DNA of 64,000 nt from Podarcis filfolensis (taxonomy: Eukaryota): NCBI GenBank assembly GCA_964270895.1, contig OZ185438.1; one strand, 5' to 3'. A program made the position numbers and the translations under genes. The notes below the pieces were generated by a model, which was not told the DNA's origin, did no database searches, and worked only from the letters and a program-made list of their open reading frames with translations. Within the stretch, counting starts at the first letter, position 1. Each line of letters begins with the position of its first letter. Of the stretch, positions 42,076 to 55,020 are shown piece by piece.

Positions 42076-42490
42076 CCGTATTTTTCGCTCTATAAGACGC
42101 CCTTTCCCCCTCCTAAAAAGTAAGGGGAAATGTGTGTGTGTGTGTCTTATGGAGCGAATGTAGGCTCCATGGCTTCAGCGAAAGCAACGCTGCACTCCGG
42201 AGGCTTCGCGTTGCTTTCGCTGAAGCCAGGAGAGCAAGAGGGATCGGTGCGCACCAATCCCTCTTGCTCTCCTGGCTTCGCTTCGCTGGAGAGGCGCTGC
42301 GCAGCTTTCCCTCTCTGTGCAGCGCCTGTTCAGCGAAGCGGGAGAAGAAACAGAAGGGGATCTGTTTCTCCTGCCGCTTCTCTGAAGGGGCGCTGTGCAG
42401 AGAGGGAGAGAATATTTTTTTTCTTGTTCTCCTCCTCTAAAACTAGGTGTGTCTTATGGTCAGGTGCATCTTATAGAGCAAAAAATACGG
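42076..42490. mobile_element. Tc2-like MITE
   Basis: CCGTATTTTTCGCTCTATAAGA...CTTATAGAGCAAAAAATACGG-TA ends. Confidence 0.85.
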
Positions 42491-42530
42491 TAATTATTTC
42501 TTACTACACAAAGATTTGAAAAAGAACTTA

Positions 42531-42704
<174 letters not shown>

Positions 42705-43838
42705 TTAGATACAACATCCTCTTTCCCCCTTCTTTAAACAACATAAAGCTGTTATTTAATAAATTCTTCAGATATTACATATACATTTAGAGCTGACTTT
42801 GTTTTGAAAGAAAGAAGAATCTTTCATCAGGTTATCTGGACAGCTGCCACACAACTCTTGACCTGCGGAATTTCCTTGAACAAGTTCCACCTCCATATAT
42901 TTCTGTTCATCATCACAATGGCCCTATCCAAAGCTAACATGTATTTCCCTAAGCAGGGTAAATAGTAGTAAATGCAATTATTGTTCCTGAGCAATGAAAT
43001 GTTAACAGTGCTGTTTCTTAACATACAGCTTGTGTGTTTGGTTTTTCTTTGACATCGCTAACATTCTTTTACAGTCTTTATGTAAAAGTTCTGCAGCCAA
43101 TTGCAAGTTTGCTTCGTTCTTAAATGAAATCAGTTATACAGTATGTGAAAGATGAGTGTTTGAATATCTGCAACAATTTTGCCCCTGCTAGAGACCAATG
43201 AACTTTATTATTCATGGGGTTCCTCTCCCTTTGCTTGAATTCAGCAGTCACAATTTCAAGACTGTGGTTAGAAAAGAAAAATTATGGCACCATTCCAGAG
43301 CTACTTACCTGCCAGTTGTACACTAGATGTTACGGATCTAGGTCCAAATGAGTATTGATCGGATTGCAGCCTCATTTAACATTACAGAAAAAGAACTGTT
43401 ATCAACAACCCTGCCACATAGGTGCTTAACTCAAACATCTGAGTCAGGTTCGGCCTAGGAACTTGTCTATTTTCATGCTTTGCAAGAATAATTGGTATGT
43501 CAAACTGTCTCCAAAAACAGTTATGTAGAACACAAACAACACAAACAACTCTCTTACATTACAGCTTTCTCTCATGTTGGAGGAGTAGATATGAGAATAC
43601 AATTACACCCCAAATCATTTTAGTGACCGTTGGGTCTCAGAAAAATCTATAGTTAAGATACCTGCAGAACTGTTAAATGGAAACAGATTTTCTACAAGGG
43701 ATGTGGAAGATTTACTCTAGAATAAATAATTATCACTTAACTAACTATAATTATCACAACCAACCCTCCCGAGCACAAAAGCCCATTCAACTATAAAAAT
43801 AATGTATCTGTATGTATTCATCTGTATGCCTTCATCTA

Positions 43839-44084
<246 letters not shown>

Positions 44085-45206
44085 CTACAAATATATCAAC
44101 AGTCATTAAGTATTCAACTTTGATATCCATACATACAAAATACCATGTTCCAACAGATATAGTGGCTTCAGCTTTTTCTTTAAAAAAAAAATAATTCTGA
44201 GAAATAACATTGGTATGCAAAATGATCTATGTATTAATGCATAATGCATAATGTAACAAAAAGCTCCTGTTTAAAGAATATCAGAGGGTATCCAGGTGAA
44301 AAGAAAAGGAAAATCATAATTATAACAAGAAATACGTCAGCTTTCATTCATCAATTTCTTCTTATGTTACTTCTAAAACCACTTTCCTTATATTTTATAC
44401 TAAGTTTTACATTCTAATATTCAATTAATTTATACCAACCTTTCTATGCATTTTTTTCATATTTAGTTTACCATTCCATACTTACTACTTTGTACATGAA
44501 TATCACATGCCAGATTGCTTGTTCCCATTCATTCAGGAATGGCATATGTTGTACTTCTAATACTAAGGGTGGGATTCAATGTTTGCCAGTGGACAGGTCA
44601 GGGCCTACTGATCCATTTCCAATCACAATTTGAAGTGCTGGTACTTACCTATAAAGCACTATATTACTTGGTCCTTGAAGACCTAAAGGCCTGCCACTAA
44701 AATCCCCTCAAAGATGCTTCTCCAGGTTCCCCTGCTTTCTGAGCTGAAGTGAGTTAGATGATAATTGTGGAAAGAGCTTTTTTGGCTGTGGTAATCCAGT
44801 GAGGTCATCTACATTTTTTATTTACCCAGGCGTTTTCTCTTGTTATGTAGAGGTACCAAATGGTTTATTATCCACCGTTTTAATCATATTCTTATTTATA
44901 AAGTTAAACAGTTTTAATGTAAACATGGTTGTAAACACCTATGGATTGTAATTTTTTAAAAGATAGTTCACCAAATGTTCTAAATAAAATGACACACATG
45001 ACAAAGTGGGTGGCGACATCAATTTCAATGGAAAATGAATTTGTTAATGTTTACTGTGATGAGTTTCAAGGCACAGGGTTAATTGGGTGAGTTAGGATTT
45101 CCTATGCTCACAGAATAACAGATCAGATAAGGGACTTTGGAGCCTCAGGTAGGCCGCAGAGAACCTTTGCAACGAAATTTTAAAAAGGAAACTAAATTGT
45201 ACTTAC

Positions 45207-45340
45207 ATTCCACCTATGACACGTATTGATCCAATTCCCTGGAAATCATCAGCATTTTCAAAAAGGTTTGGAAAACAATCAGTATTTTCAGAAAGCTCTT
45301 TATGCCATCCTCCAAAGTATGGGGTCCCATATATTATCAT
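45207..45340 (-). CDS. CRYBG3: CRYBG3 Greek key 5
   Basis: 134 bp, CAG/GTAAGT; MIIYGTPYFGGWHKELSENTDCFPNLFENADDFQGIGSIRVIGG. Confidence 0.93.
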
Positions 45341-45652
45341 CTGCAGAATGTGAAATAGTCGAGCCTTTAAAATAAATTTCTGATATCCAGGTCTATGTTC
45401 TGTATAGTCTATGAAATTATCCTTACTTATCCAGTTTCAATCATTTGATGCTTTTTTCACCCCAGGTACCTTAATTGTGGTACATCTGCTCTGTATGTGT
45501 TCCGTTATGGAACACAATGATATGAAGCGGCATGAATTAATCTGAGTTGAACTTGTGTATGAATAGCTGGACCAGGGATCAAACTGAATGATTAGTGATC
45601 TGTTCCAACTCTATGGCTTTCATCCAGAGATCTCAAGAACAGAATTTTGTGC

Positions 45653-45851
45653 CAGTTACAGATAGGTAGCCGTGTTGGTCTGCCATAGTCAAAACAAAAA
45701 AATTTTTTTCCTTCCAGTAGCACCTTAAAGACAAACTAAGTTAGTTCTTGGTATGAGCTTTCGTGTGCATCTGAAGAAGTGTGCATGCACACGAAAGCTC
45801 ATACCAAGAACTAACTTGGTTGGTCTTTAAGGTGCTACTGGAAGGAAAAAA
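45653..45851. mobile_element. Palindromic non-autonomous Penelope-derived insertion with a 12-bp TSD
   Basis: TSD AGAATTTTGTGC at 45641-45652 and 45852-45863; 68-bp inverted arms at 45703-45770 and 45785-45852 with 2 mismatches; same terminal repeat as 15651. Confidence 0.85.
45767..45804 (+). ncRNA. Minimal type I hammerhead ribozyme core (PLE-associated)
   Basis: GCAU-CUGAAGA-A-GUGUGC/AU/GCACAC-GAAA-GC-UC^AUAC; predicted cleavage after 45800. Confidence 0.7.
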
Positions 45852-46377
45852 AGAATTTTGTGCATACTGGAGGAATACACTTTTTGCCATTCCCCCCCTC
45901 TCCCTGGTTGCTTCCTGTGCTTTATGAAATTTTGGGTCCCTCTAGAATCGGGTGGAAGATGGTGCAGGAACTGCAGAGGGAAAGGAAGAAAATGGCAAAA
46001 ATCATCTCCCTGAACCTATCTCAACTGGGAGCCTCTGCTAGCTCACTGTCACATCTGTCACCACCCCAAAATGCTGGTGGACTTCTAAAAAAAATGATGT
46101 GGAAAAGCAGAGAACTGTACTTAAGACTGGAAAACTGAGAGAAATCAAAATTGGCAGATTCAGCCATTCCTAGTTGGGAGTTATTTTCAGTAAAGAGCAG
46201 GAAGGTACCAATTTCCATCCTGAGTGGAATGGGAGAGCACCTCTAGATTCAACCCCATAGTTCTAAGAAGGGAATAGCAAAGTTAGGTATAAGTGACATC
46301 CCTTCAGTTCTAGGATTCTATGATCTTGAAGGCCTTTAAAAACAGATTAGTTTACTGTTGCCAGGATCCATAATTAC

Positions 46378-46413
46378 CTTAATGTTTGTAGGCATCTGAA
46401 CCTTCAGGCCACC
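46378..46413 (-). CDS. CRYBG3: CRYBG3 36-bp linker exon
   Basis: TAG/GTAATT; GGLKVQMPTNIK; symmetric phase 0. Confidence 0.9.
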
Positions 46414-47395
46414 CTATAGTGTAAAACAAAATAACAAATGATCAGGTATGTAAAATCCGAATGCATGTTTCAGTTCCATTAGTTCTATGCAAATATGAAT
46501 AAGTGCTATTGCAAACCGCCCTCAAAATTTGCTGAAGGATGGTATATAATCCCTTTATATAAACAAACAAATAAAAGAATATTAATTAGAGCTTATCCAT
46601 GCTCAAAGTGGATAAAACCTTTTTTATTCCTCTCACGGTTGATATCATCAACATGCCTTTTAAAAGGGAACTAAATATTGACAAACAAATATATAACAAA
46701 CACATTTATGAGTGCTTGATTGTTCCAGAAGAACTAGGAATTCTTCAACATGCGGATATGAAGAAAGACAGTATTCACATGGCCTGAACATCTTTACTTC
46801 CTGCAAAAGGGACTCCTATCTTTGGCAGGTTGTGAGGGGAGATGGCTGCTGACAGTGGCAAAAATGTTCATAGGGCATATAAAGAGTTAGATTTCTATGA
46901 ATCCAAAACCAACTTTATACGTATCTAATTTCATTCATACAACAGCAATTTCATTTTTGGAAACTTCGTGGGAATGTTAAGAACAGATTATATCCCACAC
47001 CACCTATCATCACATCCAATAAAGGCAAACATAGGCTATTATGATCCTTTATAGTGCAGATTTTTGCAGTAACTACTAGGTACTAGAATCTTATTTTCTT
47101 TTAAAATGATTAATCTGAATAAATACTTTATAAGTCTATTCTAATCTAGTTCTGATCATTTTAGGAGCACCAGGCAAACAGAATGCCTTATGTCAAGTCT
47201 AATCTAGAGAAATTATTGACCAAAAGGCTAATTCTTTGCTTATTTCAAGACTCAGAAGATGGTGTACTGAATCAGATCTGTGCCCTGGCTCATCTCAGTC
47301 AATGTGGGTGCTCAGACATGGAATAGATTCTGATTTAGATGCACGATTGTTGCAGAAGAGGATGGATTGGTGTATAATCGGTTGAAAAACTATTA

Positions 47396-47578
<183 letters not shown>

Positions 47579-47814
47579 TCATGTGCAGTTTAATTAATAA
47601 AAATGAACCTTTGATCTGATCCAGCAGAATTGTCTAGCCCAGCATTCTGTCTCCAGCAACAGCTAGTCAGATGCCTCTGGGAAGCCCATAAGAAAAGCAT
47701 GAAGGAAAACAACACTCGTACTGTTGCTTAATTCAGTATTCAGGAGGTGTATTGCCCCTGGAACACATTGGATAATGCCCAATGCTCTATTTTGACTACT
47801 AGCATCAGAAAATA

Positions 47815-48145
47815 ATTACATAATGAGAGAGCTGGAAGGGACTCTAAATGCCATCCAGTCTAACTCCCTTCCAATGCAGGAAGTTCACTAGTACAGAATC
47901 CCATAAAGGTTCCCATCCAGCCTCTGCTTAAAAACTTCTTCCTGGAACAGTCTGTTCCATGGTCAAACTGCTCATACCATCAGGATTCCCCATCCTAATA
48001 GCTTAGCATGAATGGTTTTTCTTACTAGTTGAACCCATTGCTTAAGGTCTGGTCTCCTGCAGCAACAGAAAACAAAGCTCCTTCATCATTCCATCATTTA
48101 TGTGATAGCCCTTCATATATTTTAAGATGGCTATCATATTGCCTT
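47815..48145 (-). mobile_element. Older, degraded CR1 3' fragment
   Basis: Diverged similarity to the CR1 3' end (ccagcctctgcttaaa..., gatggctatcatatt...). Confidence 0.65.
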
Positions 48146-48219
48146 TAAATTGTCTCTTCTCCATGAGGAACCCACTCAACAGCATAATTGCTGTAAATAG
48201 TTGACCATTTAGAAATATA

Positions 48220-48470
48220 CAGTGGTACCTCGGTTTTCGAACATCTCCACTGACAAACGTTTTGGAACTCGAACACCGAAAACCTGGAAATAAATGCTTC
48301 GGTTTTTGAACGCGCCTTGGAAGTCGAACAGGAAATGCGGCTTCTGTTTTGAGTTTTCCATATTAAGATTTCCGTTTTGAGGCTTCCATTTTGAGTTTTC
48401 GGTTTTCTAACATTTCGGAACTTGAATGGTCTTCCGGAACAGATTACGTTCGAAAACCGAGGTACCACTG
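48220..48470. mobile_element. pogo/Tigger-like MITE
   Basis: TA-CAGTGGTACCTCGGTTTTCGAAC...GTTCGAAAACCGAGGTACCACTG-TA. Confidence 0.9.
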
Positions 48471-49461
48471 TATTAGTCCCATGATTCTGTGTATAGTTAG
48501 GCTTGAAGTGCTGAGACAGAAATTCAAATAGCTGAAAAAGAGAGCAGAGAATTTTGATGGAATCCAAAAGCCAGTTGTCTCCTTCTAAAGATTCCAAGGC
48601 AGATTTTATTTGTTCTACTTTTAAGGGTAACAATAATAAAGCAATAGCATTTACAAAATAGCATATTAAAAATAATAATGAAAGCAATGGCTTTAGACAA
48701 CATAACAGTTGTATTTAAGGCTGAGCTGAAAGTGGAGGTGACTTGCAAATATGTCCTCTTTCAGTGATTTGGAGGCAGGCCGCAAACAGAGCCAAACGTT
48801 TCCGCAGCACTTCCTCCTTCCCAAAACCCATTGCCTGCATTCTGAACTGACTTTGTAAAATAATAGTGGTGCCAATTCCAATTTGATATGTGGATATGTG
48901 CTGGAAAAGTGATTCCTGCTAGAAAATGTTCATTTTAAAAGAAAAATGATGCAGTGGCAGCTATCAAGAGGGGCAATGACTAAGTTAAAAAAAAAAAACA
49001 AATGCAAAGAAATGATGGGAAGAACATTTTGGAGTGCTTAGTTGAATATTGTGGCACATTGTATTCTATATGAAGATTTGATGCAGCCATAGTTGTACTG
49101 AATACAGGAAAAATTTTGCAAACAGAATTAATTTTAGCCATATCTGTTTATTTTACACTGATGGCAACAGAAATTGTCTTTGGAAAAGCATTTATTTTGA
49201 AAACAGGACAATGCCTGTTTGGGTGCAAGCCCCTGTTAAATTAAAAAGTAATCTAAATTTATGAGGGTTTTTTCCCCTAGAGAGTATAAGCAAAATAATA
49301 ACCTATGCTATAAATTGGAAATTACTGCTGCTTTCTGAAACAACCCATTATTTTGTTTCTTCGTTTCGCCTTAGAAACAGCCAGCAACTGTTGATTGCTG
49401 ACATTTTACATGTTTTTATAGGTTCACAAACTGATGTATATATAATGGAACCTGCACTCAC

Positions 49462-49595
49462 ACTCCTGCTTTCACAAAAAGAGTATGTGGTTTGACTTCC
49501 AGTTCTTCTAAATTAGCAACTGCACTCTGGATGCAGACAGGAACATGATCTGTGCTATCTTGTGGGTAAAGTTCAATCTCAGGAACACTGCAATC
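49462..49595 (-). CDS. CRYBG3: CRYBG3 Greek key 3
   Basis: 134 bp, CAG/GTGAGT; DCSVPEIELYPQDSTDHVPVCIQSAVANLEELEVKPHTLFVKAGV. Confidence 0.92.
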
Positions 49596-50287
49596 CTGCA
49601 GAACACATCAGATAACAAAAACAAACATGACTGTATGAGCTGTGCATCCCTTGACTGTATTTATTTACATCCCATAAAACATGGTTCCATGAAAAGGGCT
49701 TCAAACAGGAGGTTAAGAATGGTACACAGCAGAGAGGAGTACTGACAATGGTGGGGCACCATTGTTGCTTCAGTGCCCTGAGCTACATCCAGGTTATTTT
49801 TTAAAGAGCTGTTGGATATGACTGTGCTGAGAATAAGCACTATAAAATACCAACTTTCACGAAAGCAACTGCATTCGCAGATGCCTAACATGGGCAATAT
49901 GGAAAGGGGAGTCTGAGGGGCAGCATTAAGAAAGATTGAGAAAGGTATCTGAAGTTCTGGGTCTTCTCTAAAAGGGATGCCATCTGCACCATACATTCAG
50001 AACATGCTAACAGTCATGGCTTCCCCCAAAGAATTCTGGGAACTGTAGTTTTGTTAAGGGTGCTGGGACCTGTTGCTCTGTGGGGAGTCTCCTAACAACT
50101 CTCACCCTCCTTAAAACAAACTACATCCCCCAGTATTCTTTGGTGGAAAGCCATGACTTTAAGCGCATGGTGTGGATGTGACCTACACCAAAATAAAGGA
50201 ATTAACAGATGGTGGACGGGAGAAGAGGAGTGAAATGGACTCTACTGTCATTGCCAGTAGAATCCGTTTCTCACAATCAGCACTCAC

Positions 50288-50432
50288 CTTCACTACTTGT
50301 CTGATTGAACCAACTCTGAAGTTCTTTTGATGTTTTTCAATGTGAGGATTCAATAGATCATGCAGCATCTCCTCTCCTTCTTCTATAGCATATTTCTCAC
50401 CCAGGAATCCTGGTTTCTCATACATAATCCAG
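50288..50432 (-). CDS. CRYBG3: CRYBG3 Greek key 2
   Basis: 145 bp, TAG/GTGAGT; WIMYEKPGFLGEKYAIEEGEEMLHDLLNPHIEKHQKNFRVGSIRQVVK. Confidence 0.93.
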
Positions 50433-50555
50433 CTATATTAATAAAATAAGCACCACACTGTAAACATGCTACCAAGAGGTAGCTAACATAGCACCAATAT
50501 TAGTAAGAAGCCATGGTTAATTTTATTACAAATTGTACTATTTCTTTACCATATA

Positions 50556-50776
50556 CAGTTGTACCTTGGAAGTCAAACGGAATCCGTTCCGGCAGCCCGT
50601 TCGACTTCCAAAATGTTTGGAAACCAAAGCGTGGCTTCTGATTGGCTGCAGGAAGCCCCGTTGGACATTCAACTTCCAAAAATAGTTCGCAAACCAAAAC
50701 AGTCACTTCTGGGTTTGCGGCGTTCAGGAGCCAAAACGTTCAATAACTAAGCTGTTCAAAAACCAAGGTATGACTG
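50556..50776. mobile_element. pogo/Tigger-like MITE
   Basis: TA-CAGTTGTACCTTGG...CCAAGGTATGACTG-TA. Confidence 0.85.
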
Positions 50777-50848
50777 TATGCTGAAACACACACACAGAGA
50801 GAGCAACAGTGGTCAGCAGGGTGGCACAGGCAGAGCAGGGTGACTCAC

Positions 50849-51063
50849 CAGCCTTCCCAACGCTGAGTGTGTCTGCCAGTTCCTGAGAGGGGGAAGGGTG
50901 AGACAGGGGAAGCTCTGTGCGGTGTAGATGCACTGGCAGGAACCTTACATTGCATCCCTGCGACTCCCCTCTCCCCCTCTTAGGATCCAGCAGCAACACT
51001 CTGTTGGGGAGGTAGGTGAGCAAAGTCCTGCCAACCACTACCCGTCTCGGAGGCTACTTTATA
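50849..51063 (-). other. CRYBG3: Candidate internal promoter and alternative first exon of CRYBG3
   Basis: TATAAA at 51063-51058, ATG at 50955, 107-nt open frame, GGCTG|GTGAGT donor in phase 2 matching exon 50432-50288. Confidence 0.45.
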
Positions 51064-51764
51064 AACTGAGCTTTATAAATTGTCATCTGAAATTTGTGCA
51101 ATTAGAAATCCTTCTGGAGATGGTACAAACTATTTATAACATGGTTTGCAAGTAATATACATTAGCAAAGTGCTTGTCATCATGAGGGGTGGACGTCTAT
51201 AAATAGACACAGTCTCCAAAGTCTGATAAAATGCAGGGGAAACATTCAACATTAAAAGTTTCCAAATGGTGCACGGCCCTGGAGTGGGATTGCTTGTCAT
51301 TACTGATGCCACAGGAAATATCCGAGATGTTTCCATAATGCTCATGAGTTTCATGTAGCACTCCAAGTCATATTTTTTCCAGGAGCTTTCTTTACCAAAG
51401 AAACACTACTTTAGGGGAAGATGTGGATCCTCCCCAGTCCCCAAACAACTACTGTTTAACAAAGTGATAATACGGGGAAGCATTTAATGCTCTGTTTTTT
51501 AACAACTAACTCCACTAAGAACTCTCAATGCAATGATGTTATGTAAAGGAATTATACAAGTATGTCTTTCTTTTTAATTTCAATTTCATTGTTAGTATAA
51601 AATAGCACATTCAGTATCACAAATTCAGTTTTACAAATGGAAAGAACACAGGAAGTTGCCTAATATTGAATTGGACCACTTGTCTTTCTAATTCAATATT
51701 ATTTACTAAGTATTATTATTCACAGAGTATTGTTTATTGGCAGCAGCAACCCAGGGTTACAGAC

Positions 51765-51835
51765 AGGTTATTCCTAGGATTTAATCTGGAACTTCTTGCA
51801 TGCAAAGCATATACTCTATCACTGAGCTATGGCCC
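51765..51835 (-). pseudogene. Degenerate tRNA-Ala-like sequence (SINE head)
   Basis: gggccatagctcagtgatagagtatatgctttgcatgcaagaagttccagattaaatcc; A-box recognisable, B-box mutated. Confidence 0.6.
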
Positions 51836-52370
51836 TTCTTTTATAGTTTATAACTTTTAAATAATATTTATATGATTTATAACTTTGGAATATATGCCTT
51901 ACTTTGGCATAAGCCAATAAAAATTTTGTTTGTGTTGTTGATTTTTTAGTCTAATGTACTTGGTTAATTTCATCATTATGTGTATCAATACAATTCAGCT
52001 TCATATTCAGCAATATTAAGAACAGATACTGTTTTCCAAAGCTTAGGATGATATAGTCTTGTAGCTATAATCATGTAAGATGGGTTGGGAACTTTTTTCA
52101 GACTGTGGGCCACATTACTTCAGTGGAAAGCTTTCAGAGCCCACATCCCTGCAGTGGGTGGAGCCAGACAAACATTTTTTTTAGTAAAAGTAAAAATAAA
52201 ATAAAATAGAGGAACCAATCTGGGTGTATTACAAGTAATCATTTCTATTGCTTAGTAAACTTACAAAATCATCAATAATGGAAATAAATACACACTTCTT
52301 TATGACGCTTCCAACACTTGTTATTCAGTATACTATTTCTTTTATTATGTTTCAAAGGTGTACCTGGATA

Positions 52371-52603
52371 CAGTCATACTTCGGGTTACAGATGCTTCAG
52401 GTTGCGCATTTTTGGGTTGTGCACCACACTGAACCTGGAAGTACCAGAACGGGCTACTTCCGGGTTTTGGTGCATGCGCAGAAGCACTAAATCACACTTT
52501 GCGCATGAGCACCGAATTGCAACCCGTGCATGCGCAGACTCGGCGCTGTGGGTTGCGAACGTGCCTCCCACACAGATCACTTTCGCAACCCGAGTGTCTA
52601 CTG
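52371..52603. mobile_element. pogo/Tigger-like MITE, CpG-rich subfamily
   Basis: TA-CAGTCATACTTCGGGTT...AACCCGAGTGTCTACTG-TA. Confidence 0.8.
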
Positions 52604-53199
52604 TACCTTAAACCATTTTCCTGCACATGAACCCACTACAATTTTTTTTTCAAAATTCCTGAATATATTCACATGCTTCAAATATGATGTTCTATAACTT
52701 AGCATACACTTGTTTACTTTTTCTTCTTTGCAATAGAAATGTAACAGTATTTTATACAGTTCAGATAAGACATATTTTTAAATTTCAGGTTAACATTTTT
52801 CAAAAACTGAGCATTCAAAACTGAACATTCCCTTAAATTAGGGAAACTTGCAGCCCTCCAAATATTGCTGGACTGTAACTCCCATTATCCCTGACTATAG
52901 GCATGTGGCTGGTGTGTGGGAGCTGGAAATCAACAATATATGGAGGGCCACAGGTTGACTATCCCTGCCTTAACTGATAAATTTGTATTTTTATTTATTT
53001 CTCTATCAAATCCACAAAACTGTAATTATTCAAACAATGGAAAAACAGCAAGTGTTCATTAAAATATTAATTTCATCATAGGATGACAATTAACTACAAT
53101 ATATGTTAACTTTTGCACACTTCAGGAACCTGATTTAGCTTCACTAAAATCAGGTACATAAATAACAGCCACTTCACCCATAAAGTGCATGTTCCTTAC

Positions 53200-53309
53200 C
53201 ATCCTCTGACAACTCTGATCAGTGCTTCTTTTGAAAAAACCCAGGCTGTAGCATCTAACACATCATGGTAAATTTCAATTGTGTTGTCGTGAACATCACA
53301 AATAACCAT
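53200..53309 (-). CDS. CRYBG3: CRYBG3 Greek key 1
   Basis: 110 bp, CAG/GTAAGG; MVICDVHDNTIEIYHDVLDATAWVFSKEALIRVVRGC. Confidence 0.9.
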
Positions 53310-53813
53310 CTGAAATGACATGTGATGGTGTTAAGGAAACACTAGCAAATTCAGTTTCCCATATATAACAAATATTCTGCTTGTTGTGTTTAGCTTTATA
53401 AAGGCTTTAAGGTCTTTGTCATGTTTACGTCATGGGACTTGCTTCAAAGTATATAGGACTGCAGTCTAAACCAAATCAAAAAATCAAACAGGTCATCTAC
53501 AAATCAATTACACTAGTATATTATCACTGGTTTAAATGGAGCAAAATCAGTGAAAGTTGGATTATACTTTTCATATTAAATTAACTAATCGAAGTTTTTA
53601 TTAGTTGTTTGCTCTAGCCAACAACTACATTCAAGGAAAAAATAGAATCTAGCAGCCAATCATCTTAATTACATCCAAGGAAAATGCAGAATCTGTCTAC
53701 CTAACTACCTCCCTACCTAATCTATCTATCTACTTTCCATTGCTTCACTCAAATGTACATGGCAAAACAGACAATATCTCATACTTGCTTATACGGTGAA
53801 AAGTCATACTCAC

Positions 53814-53861
53814 TTTCCCTGGTCTTTGATTGCATTTGAGTCCTTCCCTGCCAACAGGACA
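53814..53861 (-). CDS. CRYBG3: CRYBG3 48-bp linker exon
   Basis: TTTCAG/GTGAGT; CPVGREGLKCNQRPGK (the RPGK motif precedes the first crystallin domain). Confidence 0.85.
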
Positions 53862-54230
53862 CTGAAAGTGAAATGAGGAAATAATTATTTAAGTGCTATA
53901 ATGAACCAACAATAGATATTTTAAGCAGTATGACTTTAAGTTAGGGATAGCTATCCTCATGGCTTCCAAATGCTGCAGGACTCTAATGGTGTGTAATAAC
54001 TACTGGCCAGTTACAAATACCCTTTTTCAGGGTTAGGTAGTGCTGAGGACAGTGGCAGAGCAACTGCAAGTGGTCCTAGATGACACAGATTATCTGGACC
54101 CACGTCAATTGGGCTCAGGCCTGGTTTTAGAAGTTAATCGCCCTTGGCTGACTCAAGGATTACGTTTATAGAGAGAGGGTCAGGGTGAGTGTGACCCTGT
54201 TGCTCTTACTCTCAGTGGCTTTTGATACTA

Positions 54231-54441
54231 CAGTGGTACCTCTGGTTGTGAACGCTTCTGGTTATGCAAGCTTCGGGTTACGAGCTCCGCTAACCTGGAA
54301 GTAGTTGCTCCTGGTTGCGAACTTTGCCCCAGGATGTAAGCGGGAGGCGCCATTAGCGAAAGCGCGCCTCAGGATAAGAATGGTTTCAGCTTAAGAACAG
54401 ACCTTCCAAACAAATTAGGTTCGTAACCAGAGGTACCACTG
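54231..54441. mobile_element. pogo/Tigger-like MITE
   Basis: TA-CAGTGGTACCTCTGGTT...AACCAGAGGTACCACTG-TA. Confidence 0.88.
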
Positions 54442-54539
54442 TATTGACCATTGTATCTTCCTGGATAAGTATCAGAGGCCCTATGTTACATTGGTTCTAT
54501 TCATAACTGTGCAATCGACTCCAGAGAGTAGATTTAGGA

Positions 54540-55020
54540 ACATGTTCCTTGGCCTCCTTGGACTTGCTCTCTGGGGTTACATCTATGGATGACACACAGA
54601 TCTATTTCTCCACAGCATTTAATCAGGTGTGTGGCTGTGCTAGCCAGCGGAAGAATGCAAGATTAGACTGGATGAGTTTGACTCCTGGGAAGGTAAAGCC
54701 TCTGGGGGTAGGTGGCTCCTGTGTTTGTAAGATACGACAACTGCCTGTTCCATATGGGCTTGCACTCCCTCTGAAGGAGCAGGTACATAGCTTAGGGTAC
54801 AGCTTTGTCCTTAGAGGCAAAAGTGTCCTCTGTAGATTAGAGTGCCTTTTACCAGGTTTATACGATATGCCAGCTATGCCTGTATCTGGAATACAGAATA
54901 GCCCAGCCACTGTAATCACTGATAGCCTTGATACTGCAATGCGCTCTGGTCCAGATGCTACAGCTACTGCACAATGCAGCAGACTGCTGAAGAGGGCAAA
55001 TAATTGATGGCGTGAGAATG
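54540..55020 (+). mobile_element. Degraded L2-type RT fragment
   Basis: DDTQIYFS remnant and PLKEQVHSLG remnant, as in the L2 at 20311. Confidence 0.6.

Noticed and set aside
48145-48687. 180-aa minus-strand ORF
   Set aside because: Spans the MITE at 48220-48470 and AT-rich intron; not a transposase and has no motifs
51765-51835. Functional tRNA-Ala gene
   Set aside because: B-box and stems are mutated; better explained as a SINE head
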